Origin: Anthoceros angustus
Lineage: Eukaryota; Plantae; Anthocerotophyta
DNA length: 64,000 bases
Direction: 5' to 3'
NCBI GenBank assembly: GCA_010909165.1
Contig: VJWM01000144.1
Location: 554,965-618,964 of the forward strand
This document shows positions 22,401-35,359 of this stretch, one piece after another. How positions within the stretch are numbered: position 1 is the first letter of the stretch; each line of letters starts with the position of its first letter. The position numbers and the translations under genes are program-made. The notes beneath the pieces are model-generated. The model saw only the letters and a list, made by a program, of their open reading frames with translations. It was not told the DNA's origin and made no database searches.

Positions 22401-24048
22401 ACAAGGGAATGGAATGGCATGGCATGGCATGGTGGATCCATATCGAGGGCGTGATGTGTAACAGCCGGCCTGGGAACCTGCAACGGAAAGGAACGGAACG
22501 ACATGCGGGGACGTCAGGAGAACGTGGAGGCTGACAGCGGGTGCTCGATGACCTGCTGCCTGCCACGGGCCGGGCAGCCGGTTAAAACGTAGCATCCACC
22601 CGATCGCGATCGCAGCCGAGCGCGGGCTGCCCGGCCCAGCCCGGCCCGGCCCGCCGGGCTGGAGACGAATAATTGAAAAGCTGCCCGCCAGCGTTTCTGC
22701 CTACCTGCGGCCCTTTTCGCCGCGGATAACGTCAGGGCAGGCGAGGTGGCGGGCGAAACGTGAGACACGTCTCGCGTTTCCATATAAGACCTGGCTGTCA
22801 GTCTGGCGACGTAAATCAGCCAGATGATGCTGCGGGAGGAACAAGGACGGGAGAAAAGAAGCCTTTTTGCGCGCCTTTTAATGGCGCCATGCTCCAGCTG
22901 CCCAGCGCAGGTGGAGGGAAGGCAGAGAAAAAAGGCGAGGCCATGGGATGCCATGCTGCGTGCTGTTGGAGTCGACTCGGAGTCGTGTGGGAGTCGCACA
23001 CAGACACGGAGCCGAAACCGGGCCGGGCAGCCGGGCAGCCGGGCAGTCGGGCAGTCGGGCAGTCGGGCAGCTCGTGTCCCGAAACCCTAGGCGGAGCCGG
23101 CGAATGGGGAACTGGTGTGAACGGGGTTTTTCTTGTGCCAGTGGTTTGCGAGGTCCTTGCTTGCAAGTTGGTTGCCTTGTGCTTGCTTGCGTCCGAGCCG
23201 CGCAGCGAGGCGAAGAACGGAGGGCAACAATAAATATCTGGAGTCCTGGACCCTGGTGCAGAAGAAATCGGCATGGGTGAGGCTCCGAGGCCCGCCAGCG
23301 CCGGGGGGCATGTCCTAAAGACGCCTTTTGAGACGCTCCTGCTGGCAGACGCGATACGGCTGCTAACCTGCGCGTCAACGTTGATAGCGTTTTCGAGGAG
23401 GCTCTCGCGTTTCCCTCCAGGCTCCGGCAAGCAGCGGCCTCCCCGCCACTGGCAGCCCAGCCTTCCGGGCCTTTACGCCCCAGTCGTACGCTGCTGCCGA
23501 TCTAAACAAAGGGACAAGGCACCGGCTACTGGGCGACTGCCAGGACAAGGGTACCGTGGGCAGCCTTCACACAGCCCGTCATGGACCTCCGAGATAGTAT
23601 TCAACACTTATCCCCATCTGCCCCCGGATGCGCCAAGATGTGGAGTACCCCTTGCCTCCTCGCAAAACCAGTGCTGCTTTGCTACGGACGGCCCCTCACA
23701 CTCTTTGCTCGCCCACAACCCACAACCCTAACCCACAAACCCTCAACCCTCAACCCACAAACCCACAAACCCACAACCTCCAAAGATGGAAGGGCACACC
23801 ATCGGGCAATGGGAAAGGTGAGGAGTATGTAGACGAATTGTAGTAGGTATTCACACACAAATGGAAATACATACGGCACAAGGCCACTTGGAGCAGCTAT
23901 TGGGCCAATGGGAGTGCACCTGGTGGAAGAGGGGCAACCTTGCGGCCACGGCCTGGAATGCAAGTCTTGCTGCTACTCTCTGCTGGGTATTGGCTACCAC
24001 CCACAATGACATACCACACTAGTCAGTATATTAAGGATGTGTGTGGCA

Positions 24049-25570
24049 TCATGATCTCTTGATGCGGAGCGTCCAATCACGCAGGGACTGGATCAGGTTT
24101 TTGATCTGCTCCTTAACCCCGTTGTCGATGACGTCTCCGTTTTGGTCGAACTTGACTGGGGGAGCGAAGGCCTGCACGAACACCTCGGGTTTGTTGATGA
24201 AGTGGAGGTCTATGTAGACACCGACCTGACGGAGGTGGTAGGCGGATCTGCCTCCTCCCCAGCCTCCTCCAGAGCTCAGGATGGCTGCCGGTTTGTCACC
24301 CCACTGGTTGGGTGGGCGTGAGGCCCAGTCGATGGCATTCTTCAACACAGCTGTGAAAACAGCATTGCACACTTGGGGTAAGCTTCATGTACTAAGGGGA
24401 CTGGATGTCGGTGCTGGACAGGCGTGAACTATCATCACTCTGTACAGCAACACACTTAGGGCTGCCAACTGCTGCACCCGAGGCGAGGACGGTACCTGGG
24501 AGAGAGTAGTTGTACTCGGCTGTAGCAAAGATCACACCGTCTGCTGCCTGTACCTTGGCCCTAAGCTGGGTCACATCCTCAGGAAACGTGTTGTTCACCT
24601 CAAGATCCGTGTTTACAAACGGCAGGTGATCGATTCGCAGGATCTCAATCTCCACATCAGGGAAGTGCTCCTTGGCGATCTCAGCGGCTACACACACAGA
24701 CATGCACCGGCATAACAGTACGTAGAGTCAGTACGCTGCAAAACCATCGTGAATCAAACACATGCTTCCATTCACCAAAGCGTTTTTCAGGTACTCAGGT
24801 CAAGTCTGGCACACAAGTAGAGGCTGGGCTGCCTCATCATTAGCAAATGGTTCAACTGTCATTGTTGGATGGTGACCAGACAACGCCCCTTTGTATCCTT
24901 CAAGACACAAAAGGAACACGCAGGCCCATCTCACAAGGCTTTCACATTCTCACTTACCAAGCATTGCTCAGCAAAATCCAACTCAAAAAAATGCATACAA
25001 ACAAGTGATGCTCCAGCAACATGTAACTCAAGCCACTTCTTGCCACAGCTGCAGAACGGAAGCTGTTAGGTTGTACTCAACAACACCAAGATCTCTCAGC
25101 ATCACATACAACACCCTCAACTGTACGCATCGTAGACAGCAACACTGGCAACATGCAAGACTCACAGAGCGACGCACATTTTTCAACCGATCCTCCTCTC
25201 AACAACCTCAATTGCATTCATCGTAGACAGCAACACTAGCAACATTCAACATTCCCAAAGCAATTCCCACTCTTCAACCCGTCCTGCTCTCAACAACCTT
25301 TTGAAAGAAAGAAATTTAAGCTGAGGAAACGTAGCCACAGCGCCCAACATGATCCATCACAGTCTACGGATCTAACACTGCCTGCACCATCCATCCCCAT
25401 CAGGAGCACGCTCTACAAACAAGCAAAATGCGGACCTCCTGCTGCGCGAGACACCATCAAGCAGGCGTGATCTGACAGCTGACACTTCTCTCACCTGCCC
25501 GAAGCAAGCCCAAATTTGTCGAGGCCTTGCGGAAAGAACCAGCGAGCGCAACAAACTTGAGGACCGCCAT
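24049..25570 (-). CDS. NQR: NAD(P)H:quinone oxidoreductase / NADPH-dependent FMN reductase (flavodoxin-like), 3 exons
   Basis: MAVLKFVALAGSFRKASTNLGLLRA | AEIAKE...ADGVIFATAEYNYSLP | AVLKNAIDWASRPPNQWGDKPAAILSSGGGWGGGRSAYHLRQVGVYIDLHFINKPEVF, with GT-AG junctions. Confidence 0.92.
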
Positions 25571-28559
25571 TGCGACGCCTGCGCCTTGTTCCCACCTGAT
25601 ACTGACAAAGCGAGCAGGGGCAGCCCGCGAAGAAACGTTCAGCGTCTCTTCTCTTCGCCCGAGTCGTTTCAAATACCGCCAAACCGCCAGGTCCTGTCTG
25701 AAGGCTGTGGAGCGATTCTGATGCCGGGGAGAAACACACGTGGGAATGGAATCGCCTGGTGGTGCGCACTGTTTCTTGCTACATTCATGCACCAGCATTG
25801 CAGCGCAAAAGGATCTGCAAGAATTTAGAACCTGAGAATCTGGAAAAAAATCGAGAAAGGTTCAACAAAATCCTGAAAAGTGGTACAAGAAATTGCTGTA
25901 GTTCTTGGATAGCCTATGTTTGCGGTGTACTTCGAGAGTGCCAAAGGACCTATATCTTTATCCTTTTGCAGGTGACATTGCAACGTTTACATGTCCGGTG
26001 CTTCATAGGCCTCATGGAGTATTAGAGCACCCCTACTGCCAACCTTCCCCAGATTTTGAGTGATGTTCCGTAAGCGTGATTGGTTTTGTGTTTGCTTTCT
26101 GTTCTAATCCTTGATTCTATGATAATCATCTCTCCTTGGCATCATTTTTTGTTAACTTCAGTCCTTACTTTGTGTTACATGCTGCTAGAAACGTTCCCCA
26201 GAGCTACTACGAATCTTTGGCATCAATCTTCGTAGTCTCAAAGTCTTGCATGTGTCCCTTCTGCAGTCTCTACTATTGTTGATCATATTTGACAACCATG
26301 ATTTTTGTGTGATTGCAAGTTGTTGTGTGTTTTGCCTCACCTATTCTTTTTTATTTTTTATATGACAATGTATTTTTCTAGCTACACTGCATTCACACAT
26401 GCTGTAGTTTACTCTTCAATTTTACTCGGTATTATTGTTTTCTAGCTACACTGCATTCACTCAAGCTGTAGTTTACTCTTCAATTTTACTCGGGCCGAGC
26501 GTGGTGCGTTACGCATTGAGGCGGCGCTGTAACTTGTCGTTATTTTTTACCAGGCAAGTCCATGTGAAACCACCCTTAGAATTAAAATTTGCGGCAATTG
26601 TTGGGAATGCATCATTTAGATTAACGGCGTGATACTTTTCGCCATTAGCAAAGTAATTGATGTTTAAGTCGCTGCGATATCAACTCCATAAAAACAATTG
26701 TTCTTGCTTAGCTATGTTGTTGCACAACTGTTATCGTTAGCAGTGATTCAGATTAACATGAAGAACCAGGTAGGTGAGAACACGTCAACACCGAACTGTG
26801 AGTGGAGCGAGTACCTCTAGTCTTGTTGACTATGAGGAGGTCCAAGATCTAGAGCAAACCATTTCAAATTATGAAGTTTTGTTTTGTTTCATCGAAGGAT
26901 GGAGCAATATGATGAAAAGTGACGAATGCCTATCACACATGGGAAGAAAGTGCTTCGAGGAACAAAATTTGCAATTCATCGTATCTGGTAATATAAAGGT
27001 TAGCACTTAAAGCAGCAGGACATGAGCCTCCTATTACTAGTTTAAACATATAAAAGAACTGTGTAAAAAAATTTGTCGGACATGGATATTTTTTAATTGA
27101 GGAATGAAATTGGTAGGTTTTTTGGCAAGAGACGGTGAAGGAACCTTGGTGTTAGACCCAATCAAAGATTACAGTTCTGTCTGGAATAGACTACGTGTAA
27201 TTGAGTCTAAAAGACAAGGACACCATTTGACGAATGAAGTGGCAGCACTTTTAAGATTGCTCTATTTCAGGGGCATCAACCCAAATGAGATCTTGTCTCT
27301 TTGGGTCAATATATAGATCATTAGCTATAGCGTTCTTCACATAGCTAAAAAAAGTATGTTGTGTATAACATTGAAATACATAACACCTTTGGACATCGAA
27401 CAAGTGGAAAGCTCATTATCTATTAGATCAAGAGCAAAATAAATATTTAGCACATTACGCTTGTTTGGAAGACGCAAAGCAAACGAATTTTTACACTTTT
27501 TTTATGAGATCACAATTTGACACAATGGGTTTCTTAAGAATTTAACTTTCCAGCTAATATATGGTAAAAATTTTCTTCCTAAAATCTAGAGGCAAATTAC
27601 AAAAGGGTGTGAGAGGCGCACTTGCAAGACTATCGGGCTGGATAACAATGCTAATCGTTATTTAAAATCCAGGTACATAAATGCTTACACTCACGAGTTA
27701 CCCTTGGAGCTAGCTAGTTAAATGCCTTATTTATCTCACTGGAGGTATAGAGAGTACGAAGATCAAAGCCGCGATGAAGAGTTTCTAGCAAAAGGTAATA
27801 AAGTGAGAGTTTTAACGGGCTGCCGCAACCGCCCCTCTAATGTCCTTCTTGCTCTGGTCTTCCTCCCCCGTTACCCTGCAATTGGTGACCCAAGGTGCCT
27901 CGATATGCTTGACCCCGGGTACAAAGCATTTCCAGGGAATATCCGCATATGGCATCGACTCGACCTGCGCAGGTCTGGACAAGAGACCAACAAGAGGCAC
28001 TAGCACGGCCAGCTGAGGTCGATTCTGTAGGTGGCATGGGCCTCATCTGCCTGTTTCCATTTTGTGTTTTGGAACGCTGAGGCGTGTAGTTGGGAGGGTA
28101 GTCTGTAGTTTGAATGACCCTTTTTTCTATTTGAAATTCTAATCAGCATGTTCCCGACCTTTGATGTTGGTCCTTTTTTGTGAGGATGTCCATGAAGCTG
28201 TCATGGATCCATAATAAAGCTTGCTCAGTGAATCGTCTAGTCAATCTGTGCAACCGAGTGAAGATGCTCTCCTGCTTTCTTGTAGCCATGAAGGCTCACC
28301 TTGCCTCAGACATTGGTGAAAAGGGCATATGAGGAACTATCTTTTTTCCTAACTAATGAAGCGATGCAACTCTAAATGTTGGTAATTGCGAGAGTGAGAA
28401 CATGCTCACCCGATTTTTTTATTTAAATATACATAAATACATGAAATACAGCCAAAAGCCAGAAAATGGGCTTCGTCCTTTTGGGTTAACCCAACCCAGA
28501 GGGTCTAGAAATCTCATCCAATGAACAAACCTAGAAAGAGGCCTCTTTCAATAACACTA

Positions 28560-31419
28560 TTTGAGCTTTCATAGTGGAAATTCTTTAGCACTTGTATTTA
28601 TTCCACAGATGGAGAACATCTCACGGTTGTGAGAGCGGTTTGTAGAACCGCAGCTTATGACTGCAGGCTTTCAGGACCCTGAACTTAGGAACTTTGCACA
28701 CTGTTGCTATCACAAGGTTATCATTTAGGCTTAATCTCACAAAAGAAAGTCCAGAGGAGGTCAATCCCGCTGGCTAGGGGTGGGCTGATTTCCCATGTGC
28801 GAGACCTAAGGGTGCGCGAGACTTGCTTTCAGTATTGATGGCGAGGAAGTGCATCATAGTGATGAGGCCTTGACGGCCTCTCCGTACAGCGAGGCCCACA
28901 CATGCATCACTAGGCCTGCCTCCTGTGCTGTACCGTGGAGGACGGTGGCTAGGCGAGGAGGGATTTCATGCCAATGGCCTAATTTTCCTGGCTGCGGGTT
29001 TTGTGCACCGAATTAGGTAGCATCACCTCCATTTCTGCCCGTCTAAGCACATTCTCACACACGCGGTTAGTTGAGCTAGCTCAGTGGCTGGCCTCTTGGG
29101 CGATTCAAGTTGCTAGGCTCCGATCCGGATTGTAGTGAGGTCCACAAAAGTTGGTTGGTCTTCGTATTATGTGCAGTCGCATTATGTGAGGCCGAGCCAT
29201 GCAAGGTGTGGAAGCTTTGAGCATTGGGAAGGGGCAAAATTGGGGGTTGAACTAGGGCCTTGCTCACTTTCTCCACCTCCATTTCTACTCTCTTCGAGAC
29301 AAGCTACAGATCTTGCAAGCACACACTAAGCTGAACGGCCTCAACATTTTCATTAGAGATGATTGTACAAAGCTGCAGGTCAAGATGAAGTAGGCGCAGA
29401 TGCCGGAGATGAGGGCAGCCCGGGCGGCTAGGAAGATTATCTATTTCCAAGGAGATCGGCTCCCACTCCAAGTGCATCTTGAAGATGGCTGCCTAGAATT
29501 GCAATGGATCACTCTGGGCATAGCCAGTTGGTATCCTCCACTTTCTTGCAGGCCACGACTTGATTTTTCTCACAGAGAAGCATGAACATCAGGCTGGGCA
29601 ACTTTGTCTTTCCCGGATTTCCATTCCTTTTCTCTTTTTCGAAATTATGTTTTCTCTAATATACCCAAGGCTGCGGGTGGGGTGGCATGCATCGTCCATT
29701 CTTCCCTCTTACAATTCATCTCTGTGGCGAAAGAGGACTCATTGGCGAGGGTTTTATGGATCAGGATTGCGGCAACTATCGTTCCATCTAACCGCAACTT
29801 GTTCATTGCATGCTGCTATTTTCTTTCTTCCATCTATTGATTCCAAGTTTCTGACTACAAGCCTCTTGAGTTTGATCATGCTTTCCTTTCCATGATACCC
29901 CTCCTAACATGCTTCAGTACCTGAAGCATGTCTCTCATAGTGCGCTTTTCCCTCAACCATCTTCATGCTCCCCAATACTCCTCTTTTCTCAAAAGGTCCT
30001 TAGCTGCTATTCCCCTTGATAGATCTCCAGTTCAACCAACAAGCCAATGCCTTCACTGCTGCTATGCTATCTTCTGCACATACTATCTTCCCTTCTAAAA
30101 CTAGTCACCCTCTAAGACTCTCCAATACTGCTCCTCACCATCTCTAGTTTGATGATGAATGCAAACACCTTCGATTTCTCATTCACTAGGATCGCCATGC
30201 CTTTAATGTCCCGCCCAAGTCTCATCATACTCCGCTATTCAAGGAAGTCATCAAGCCTTACAAAGCCATTATTGCTGCCAAGACGTCTACCTTCTTTTCT
30301 TTGTAGCGCAATCGCCTGATGCAGCTTTTAGGGAATCTCCTGGTGGTGCTGCATTTTGGAGAGAATTCCTTTCTCACAACACCATCCTCCTGCAGGCGTC
30401 TCCTGAGCTTATCAACTATGTGCAAACTCTTTTCTTCCAGGAATTTGTTTCATCTCTTAGGTTGCGGGATTTGCAGGAGTTACATGAAAGAAGAGTTACC
30501 AGACTCGAGGTTGTTGATGGCGGAGATGATGAGCTCAGGGGTGAACATGCATTGTTCAACGAGGCCTTGGTCCATAGCTTTCTAGAGAAGTAGTATACGA
30601 ATGACATCCATTGTATCTTCAAGGCTGGTGATCCGCAACTCCCGTCTTACTATTGGTATATTATGGTTGAGTCCATCTTTGCTAACCTCTTTAGTTCCTG
30701 CTTGGAAATACTAACCATTATTTGGGCCGAGACTGCTCGCATAAGGGCAAGTGCCTAGGCTGGGTTTCGTTCGGAGCGGAATACTCAGGATAATCTTTTC
30801 AGTCTCTTTGCTATTATTGAGGAGGCCAAGAGAAGGCGAAGGAAGAATAGATACATTTATGCATGTTTTGTTGACTTCAAGCGCGCCTTCGACTCTATCT
30901 CCCACGAGAAGCTCTTTACCCAGTTTCATAGGTTGGGGATGCCTGCCCATCTTTTGCATGCCATCTCGATTCTCTATGATAAGGTGAAAGCCAAGACCTG
31001 CATTCTCCATGCTGCTTTTAACCTCTTGGATTTGCTTTGCAATATGGGAGTGCGGCAAGGGGATCCATCTTCTCCTGACTTATTTGGCTTGTATATTAAT
31101 GAGCTGGAATCTTGGATTGCGGAATCTGGTGATCCTGATTACCTCCTTTCCTTGGTATATATTGTTATACTCTTGTATGCAGATGACATTGTGCTTTTGT
31201 CTTACTCTCTTAAGGGCCTTCGACGATAACTGGATGTCTTGTCCGATTTTTGCGAGGCCAAGGACTTGGAGGTGAACTTGAAGAAGACCAAGGTGATGTT
31301 CTTCAATCAGAAGGACCCGGTTGATCACAACTTGTAGTTCTTCTATAATGGCCAGCAAGTAGATATTGTCCGGTCTTATGTCTACCTGGGTGCAACTCTC
31401 TACAACCCGAGATTTCAAT
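28560..31419 (+). mobile_element. Degenerate LINE, 5' part (APE endonuclease remnants and RT); left boundary approximate
   Basis: RVLWIRI...NLFIACCYF, CFVDFKRAFDSISHEKL, GVRQGDPSSPDLFGLYINEL, LLYADDIVL, VNLKKTKVM, YVYLG. Confidence 0.8.
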
Positions 31420-34400
31420 CACTCCTAGGAAAACCATCACTTTACTGCCCCTTCAATACTAGAGAGAGGGGTTTTTAGGCCGTCCGTTTGTTTTACAACG
31501 GGGGTTTTCAAGCCATGTATGATTTTCATATAGAACTTAACACTTTACAACATGTTTTTGACTGTTTACAACTGATGGTATTTTTGTACTATGTATTTTG
31601 TTGAGGTGGCACTCTTTAGGGCTTTTTACAATGGAGGTTTGAAAGATTACAACAAACTTTAGTTTTGGACATTGGCGTTTTACAATGGTGTCTCCTATAA
31701 TTACAACATGGTGTTGGTTTACAACGATGGCCAATGTTTTACAACATGGGGTTTGCACCACCGTCTACTCTATTTACAACACTGTGTCTTTTTACAACGT
31801 TATGATGCAATTAACAACATGACTTTTACAACATGGAATACACAATTTACAACAATGTGACTTTTACAACAATGGTAGGTGTTTTACAACAGAACTTTTA
31901 CAACAACCAATATGTTTTTCACAACCGAGTCTTTTTTACAACGATAACTTCAATTTTACAACAATGCTTTTACAACACATAAATCCAAATTTATAACACA
32001 TATTATCTATTCTACAATTATCTTTCATTTACTGTTGTAACTCATGTTGTAAAGGGATTTTGTTGCAAAGGGCCATGACCATTTCCCTCGTTGGTTGTCG
32101 ACGTTATGTTAAATTACCCTAAGATTTTTCGTTGTAACTGGCATTGTAAAATATAATTGTTGTAAATGTACCCTTTGTTTTTACAACAGGTATGAGCAAA
32201 ACAATTTTTCAATTTCACACAATTTCAATTGTAAGCTACATAGTAAATTAATGCGAACAAACTTTCTAAATCCTTTCACAAGCTAACAAACTCAAATAGA
32301 ATTCAAGGGTAACATGGCCCTCCTTTTATACATCCATGGAGCCAGGTGGAGCCACATCCCTAGGCATCCATATTTTCTTCAAAGACAACGCGATTTCCAC
32401 GTGCACTAGTCCCGACAACCACTTTATTGTTATACAAAAAATTTTGAATCAGTTTGGGTGACACAAGGATAAAGGGGTCATCTTGAACTCTGGTAGAAGG
32501 ATAAAAAGATCTAGGGTTCACTATGTGCATTCCAGAATTGTCCTTCTTCAATCCCTTGCTGTGGTCCTTTGCATCCTCATAAACTAGTTTGAACCACTTA
32601 ACCTGGGTTGATGCTTTTAAGCAAGATAAAGATTCTGGGAGGCCAGAAAAAGAGAAAAGAACGAAAGATAATTGACAAAAAAATATTTTTTTTAATTTGA
32701 TGTAACCTGAAGTAAATCAGGGGGGAAAAATCTTTTAACAAGGGTTCTGATTCCCCTATGTTTTCACATCCTAATATCATAGCAGAGGGAGAGCGTACTC
32801 CCCCAAGCTCATATGTATACACACACAAAAAAGAAAAATGGATAGTTTCCGATTGTCCCAGATTTGGACTTTGGGTTTAGGTTGTCACTACCCAGTCGTT
32901 TCAGGCTTGAATTCATAAACAAGAGAGTGCTTTCCACTTCACGGGGAGGTGTCAGAACTTGAGAAGACAACCAGGTGTGAGAAATGGTATGAGGTGAAGC
33001 GCGGATTCGGAGGCCGAGGGCGAGGATGTAAAGAATGGGCTGATCTTGGATGGAGGTGCAACAGGTCAGGAGGAAGTCCACAAGCTTGTAGAAGCTTTCG
33101 CAGGTAGGATGATGCTGTCAGCGGAAACATCGGTTCCGCAATTGTCTGTGAACATAGGGTACCCGTGCCGGGAGCATGGCGGAGTACTACAAACAAGAGC
33201 TTGGGATGGGTTCTGTGCAGTTGAGGATAGCCCTGCGCGACACGGTATGGACAGTTTCCAGCATTCCGGTGTCTATTTTGAGGGAGAGTGCTCTCACTCG
33301 GTAGCTGCCTTGGCGGGACAGGTGGAACCGCCATTGAGATTGGAGACTGACACTGCGAGTGTTCCTGTGGTGGAACGGATCTCCCACTATGACGACCAGA
33401 GCTCAGCCCTTCTCGCTGTGGAGGGAGCCGCTGCCACAGCAAGTGCTCAGCCTGTATACAATGAATCCCATCCTATTCCTAACGAAATCGTACAGCTTTT
33501 GAGAGGGGACTCCAATGGCGTCAACTTCGCGGCCAAGGAAGTGGATGGTGTGGAATTGTCTGCGTTTCAGGAGGTTGCACGGCTTTGCGGAGCTTTTTCC
33601 ACATGAATGCCTCAGGCAGCTCAAGGTATGGCTGAGTCTCCGATTGACCGGACCACAACGGATCAGCAACTGGGTGTGCTTTTGGGATTGGCAGGTATAG
33701 TGTTGCAGCAGATTATTTCCTTGTTTCCCGCAGTGTGGGGTGGGAAAAAACGAAAGAGGGAGGACAGCGCAGCGCAGTAATTGCTGCCGGAGCTTGATGA
33801 TGAGACTAGGAGGGTTAGCGATGAAGAGGATGATGAGTATTCTCGGCTGTTGCACATCGTGTCCATGTACCAGATAAACCTCAACAGTCTACTGCTAGCT
33901 GTTGTGAGAGACAGAGAGGACTCGGTGGGCGCTCGAAAAGGTATGGGTTGGTTTCATGACTATCAGATGGGGATGTGCAACGATGAAAAGTGCATTGAGA
34001 ACTTGAGGATGTCCTCTGGCACCTTCAATTTCATCATGGAGGCGCTAAGGCCACATTGCACTAAGCAGATGACGAAATTTAAGAAGCCTATCTGTGTGGA
34101 ACTGAAGGTGGCTGCATGCATTTACAAGCTGGTAAGTGGATCTACCTTGGCAAAAACTTCAGAGGCATTCAACATTGGGAAGGCTACTGTGTATGATATC
34201 ATGAGGGAGATTATTCCTGCCATTGTCAAGGTCTTTGGCCAGAAGTTTTTGTGGCCTTCAGGACAGTAGATGCATGAGATTATGGACAACATCCACAGTC
34301 GGACAGGATTACCGAACTACATCGGGTGCATTGGGAGCTCCCACGTTTCCATTATGCAGCCTTCCTTGAGCGGACAGGATCGTAAGTGCAGGAAGCAGAC

Positions 34401-35359
34401 TATCAGCTACACAGTCCAAGCTGTATGTGATCACAATTTGAGATTCACATATGTGTTTGTAAGTATGCCTGGGTATGGTCACGACAGTAGAGTTTTAAGA
34501 AGTTCTGTCCTATGGAAAATGGCTAACAACCATCTACTCTTTGATGACCGACCGAATACTTTTCCTTCTGGGTGCTGCTCCATAGCTACTTGTTAGGTGA
34601 TAACTCTTTTCCCAACTTGCAGTGGTTGATCACACCATTCAAGCACTATGGTAGAAGGTCTTTGACAGAAGATGAGAAGGACTTCAATAACTGAGTCAAT
34701 CAGGGTCGGGTTTTGATCGACCAAGCCTTCTTTGTGTTGAAGAGGACATTCTAGGAGCTTGCACGCCCCAGTCGCCTGGCTGCCGGCTACCTTCCAAAGG
34801 TGCATGTGCCTACACAATGTCTTCTTGGACTCGAAAGAGTTTTAGAGTTTTAGTGTTAAAGTTTTCCTTTTTACTTTTTATTCAATTAAATCATTAATAA
34901 TATTTTGAATTTTGGCGGGAGACATCTACAAAGGCAGAAACTCTTTACAATAGCAGAATTTACAACGGGTTGAATGATCTACAACGATTTGAATTTTGGG
35001 GGAAAATATTTACAACAGTAGAATTTACAATAGTAAATATTATAGTACAATAATAAATACAAGGGTTTGAATTTGGGTGGGAGACTTTTTACAACGGTAT
35101 ATTTTATTGCCAATATTGGAGTTTATAATGGGTTAATTTATTCTTATTTATAATAGTTTGAATTTGTGGAGATATTTACAATAGTTGAAATTTTTTATAA
35201 CGGCTTAATTTACAATAGTAGAATTTAAATTACAATTTAAATTTAGTACAATATAAATTACTAAGGGGTGTTTACAACAACAATTTTACAACGGTCGTTG
35301 TAAAAGTGTTGTAAAACTCGTTATAAAATCCCTTGTAAAAGGATACTTTTCCTTCCATT
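31420..35359 (+). mobile_element. DNA transposon inserted in the LINE: 3-bp TSD (AAT), degenerate CACT-type TIRs, TTTACAAC subterminal arrays, Harbinger-type transposase
   Basis: AAT at 31417-31419 and 35360-35362. Left end CACTCCTAGGAAAACCATCACTTTAC vs right-end reverse complement AATGGAAGGAAAAGTATCCTTTTAC. Removing the insert restores the LINE frame (TLYNPRFQWKLYAAARIIKG). Confidence 0.75.
33781..34830 (+). pseudogene. PIF/Harbinger (HARBI1/DDE_Tnp_4-like) transposase pseudogene
   Basis: ENLRMSSGTFNFI, FNIGKATV, LPNYIGCIGSSHV (catalytic D lost), QAVCDHNLRF, PGYGHDSRVL, YLLGD, WLITPF; stop at 34267-34269 and frameshifts. Confidence 0.85.

Noticed and set aside
22500-23730. Many 100-200 aa overlapping ORFs with a (c/t)cgggcag octamer repeat
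   Set aside because: GC-rich, no domain signal, no consistent coding frame
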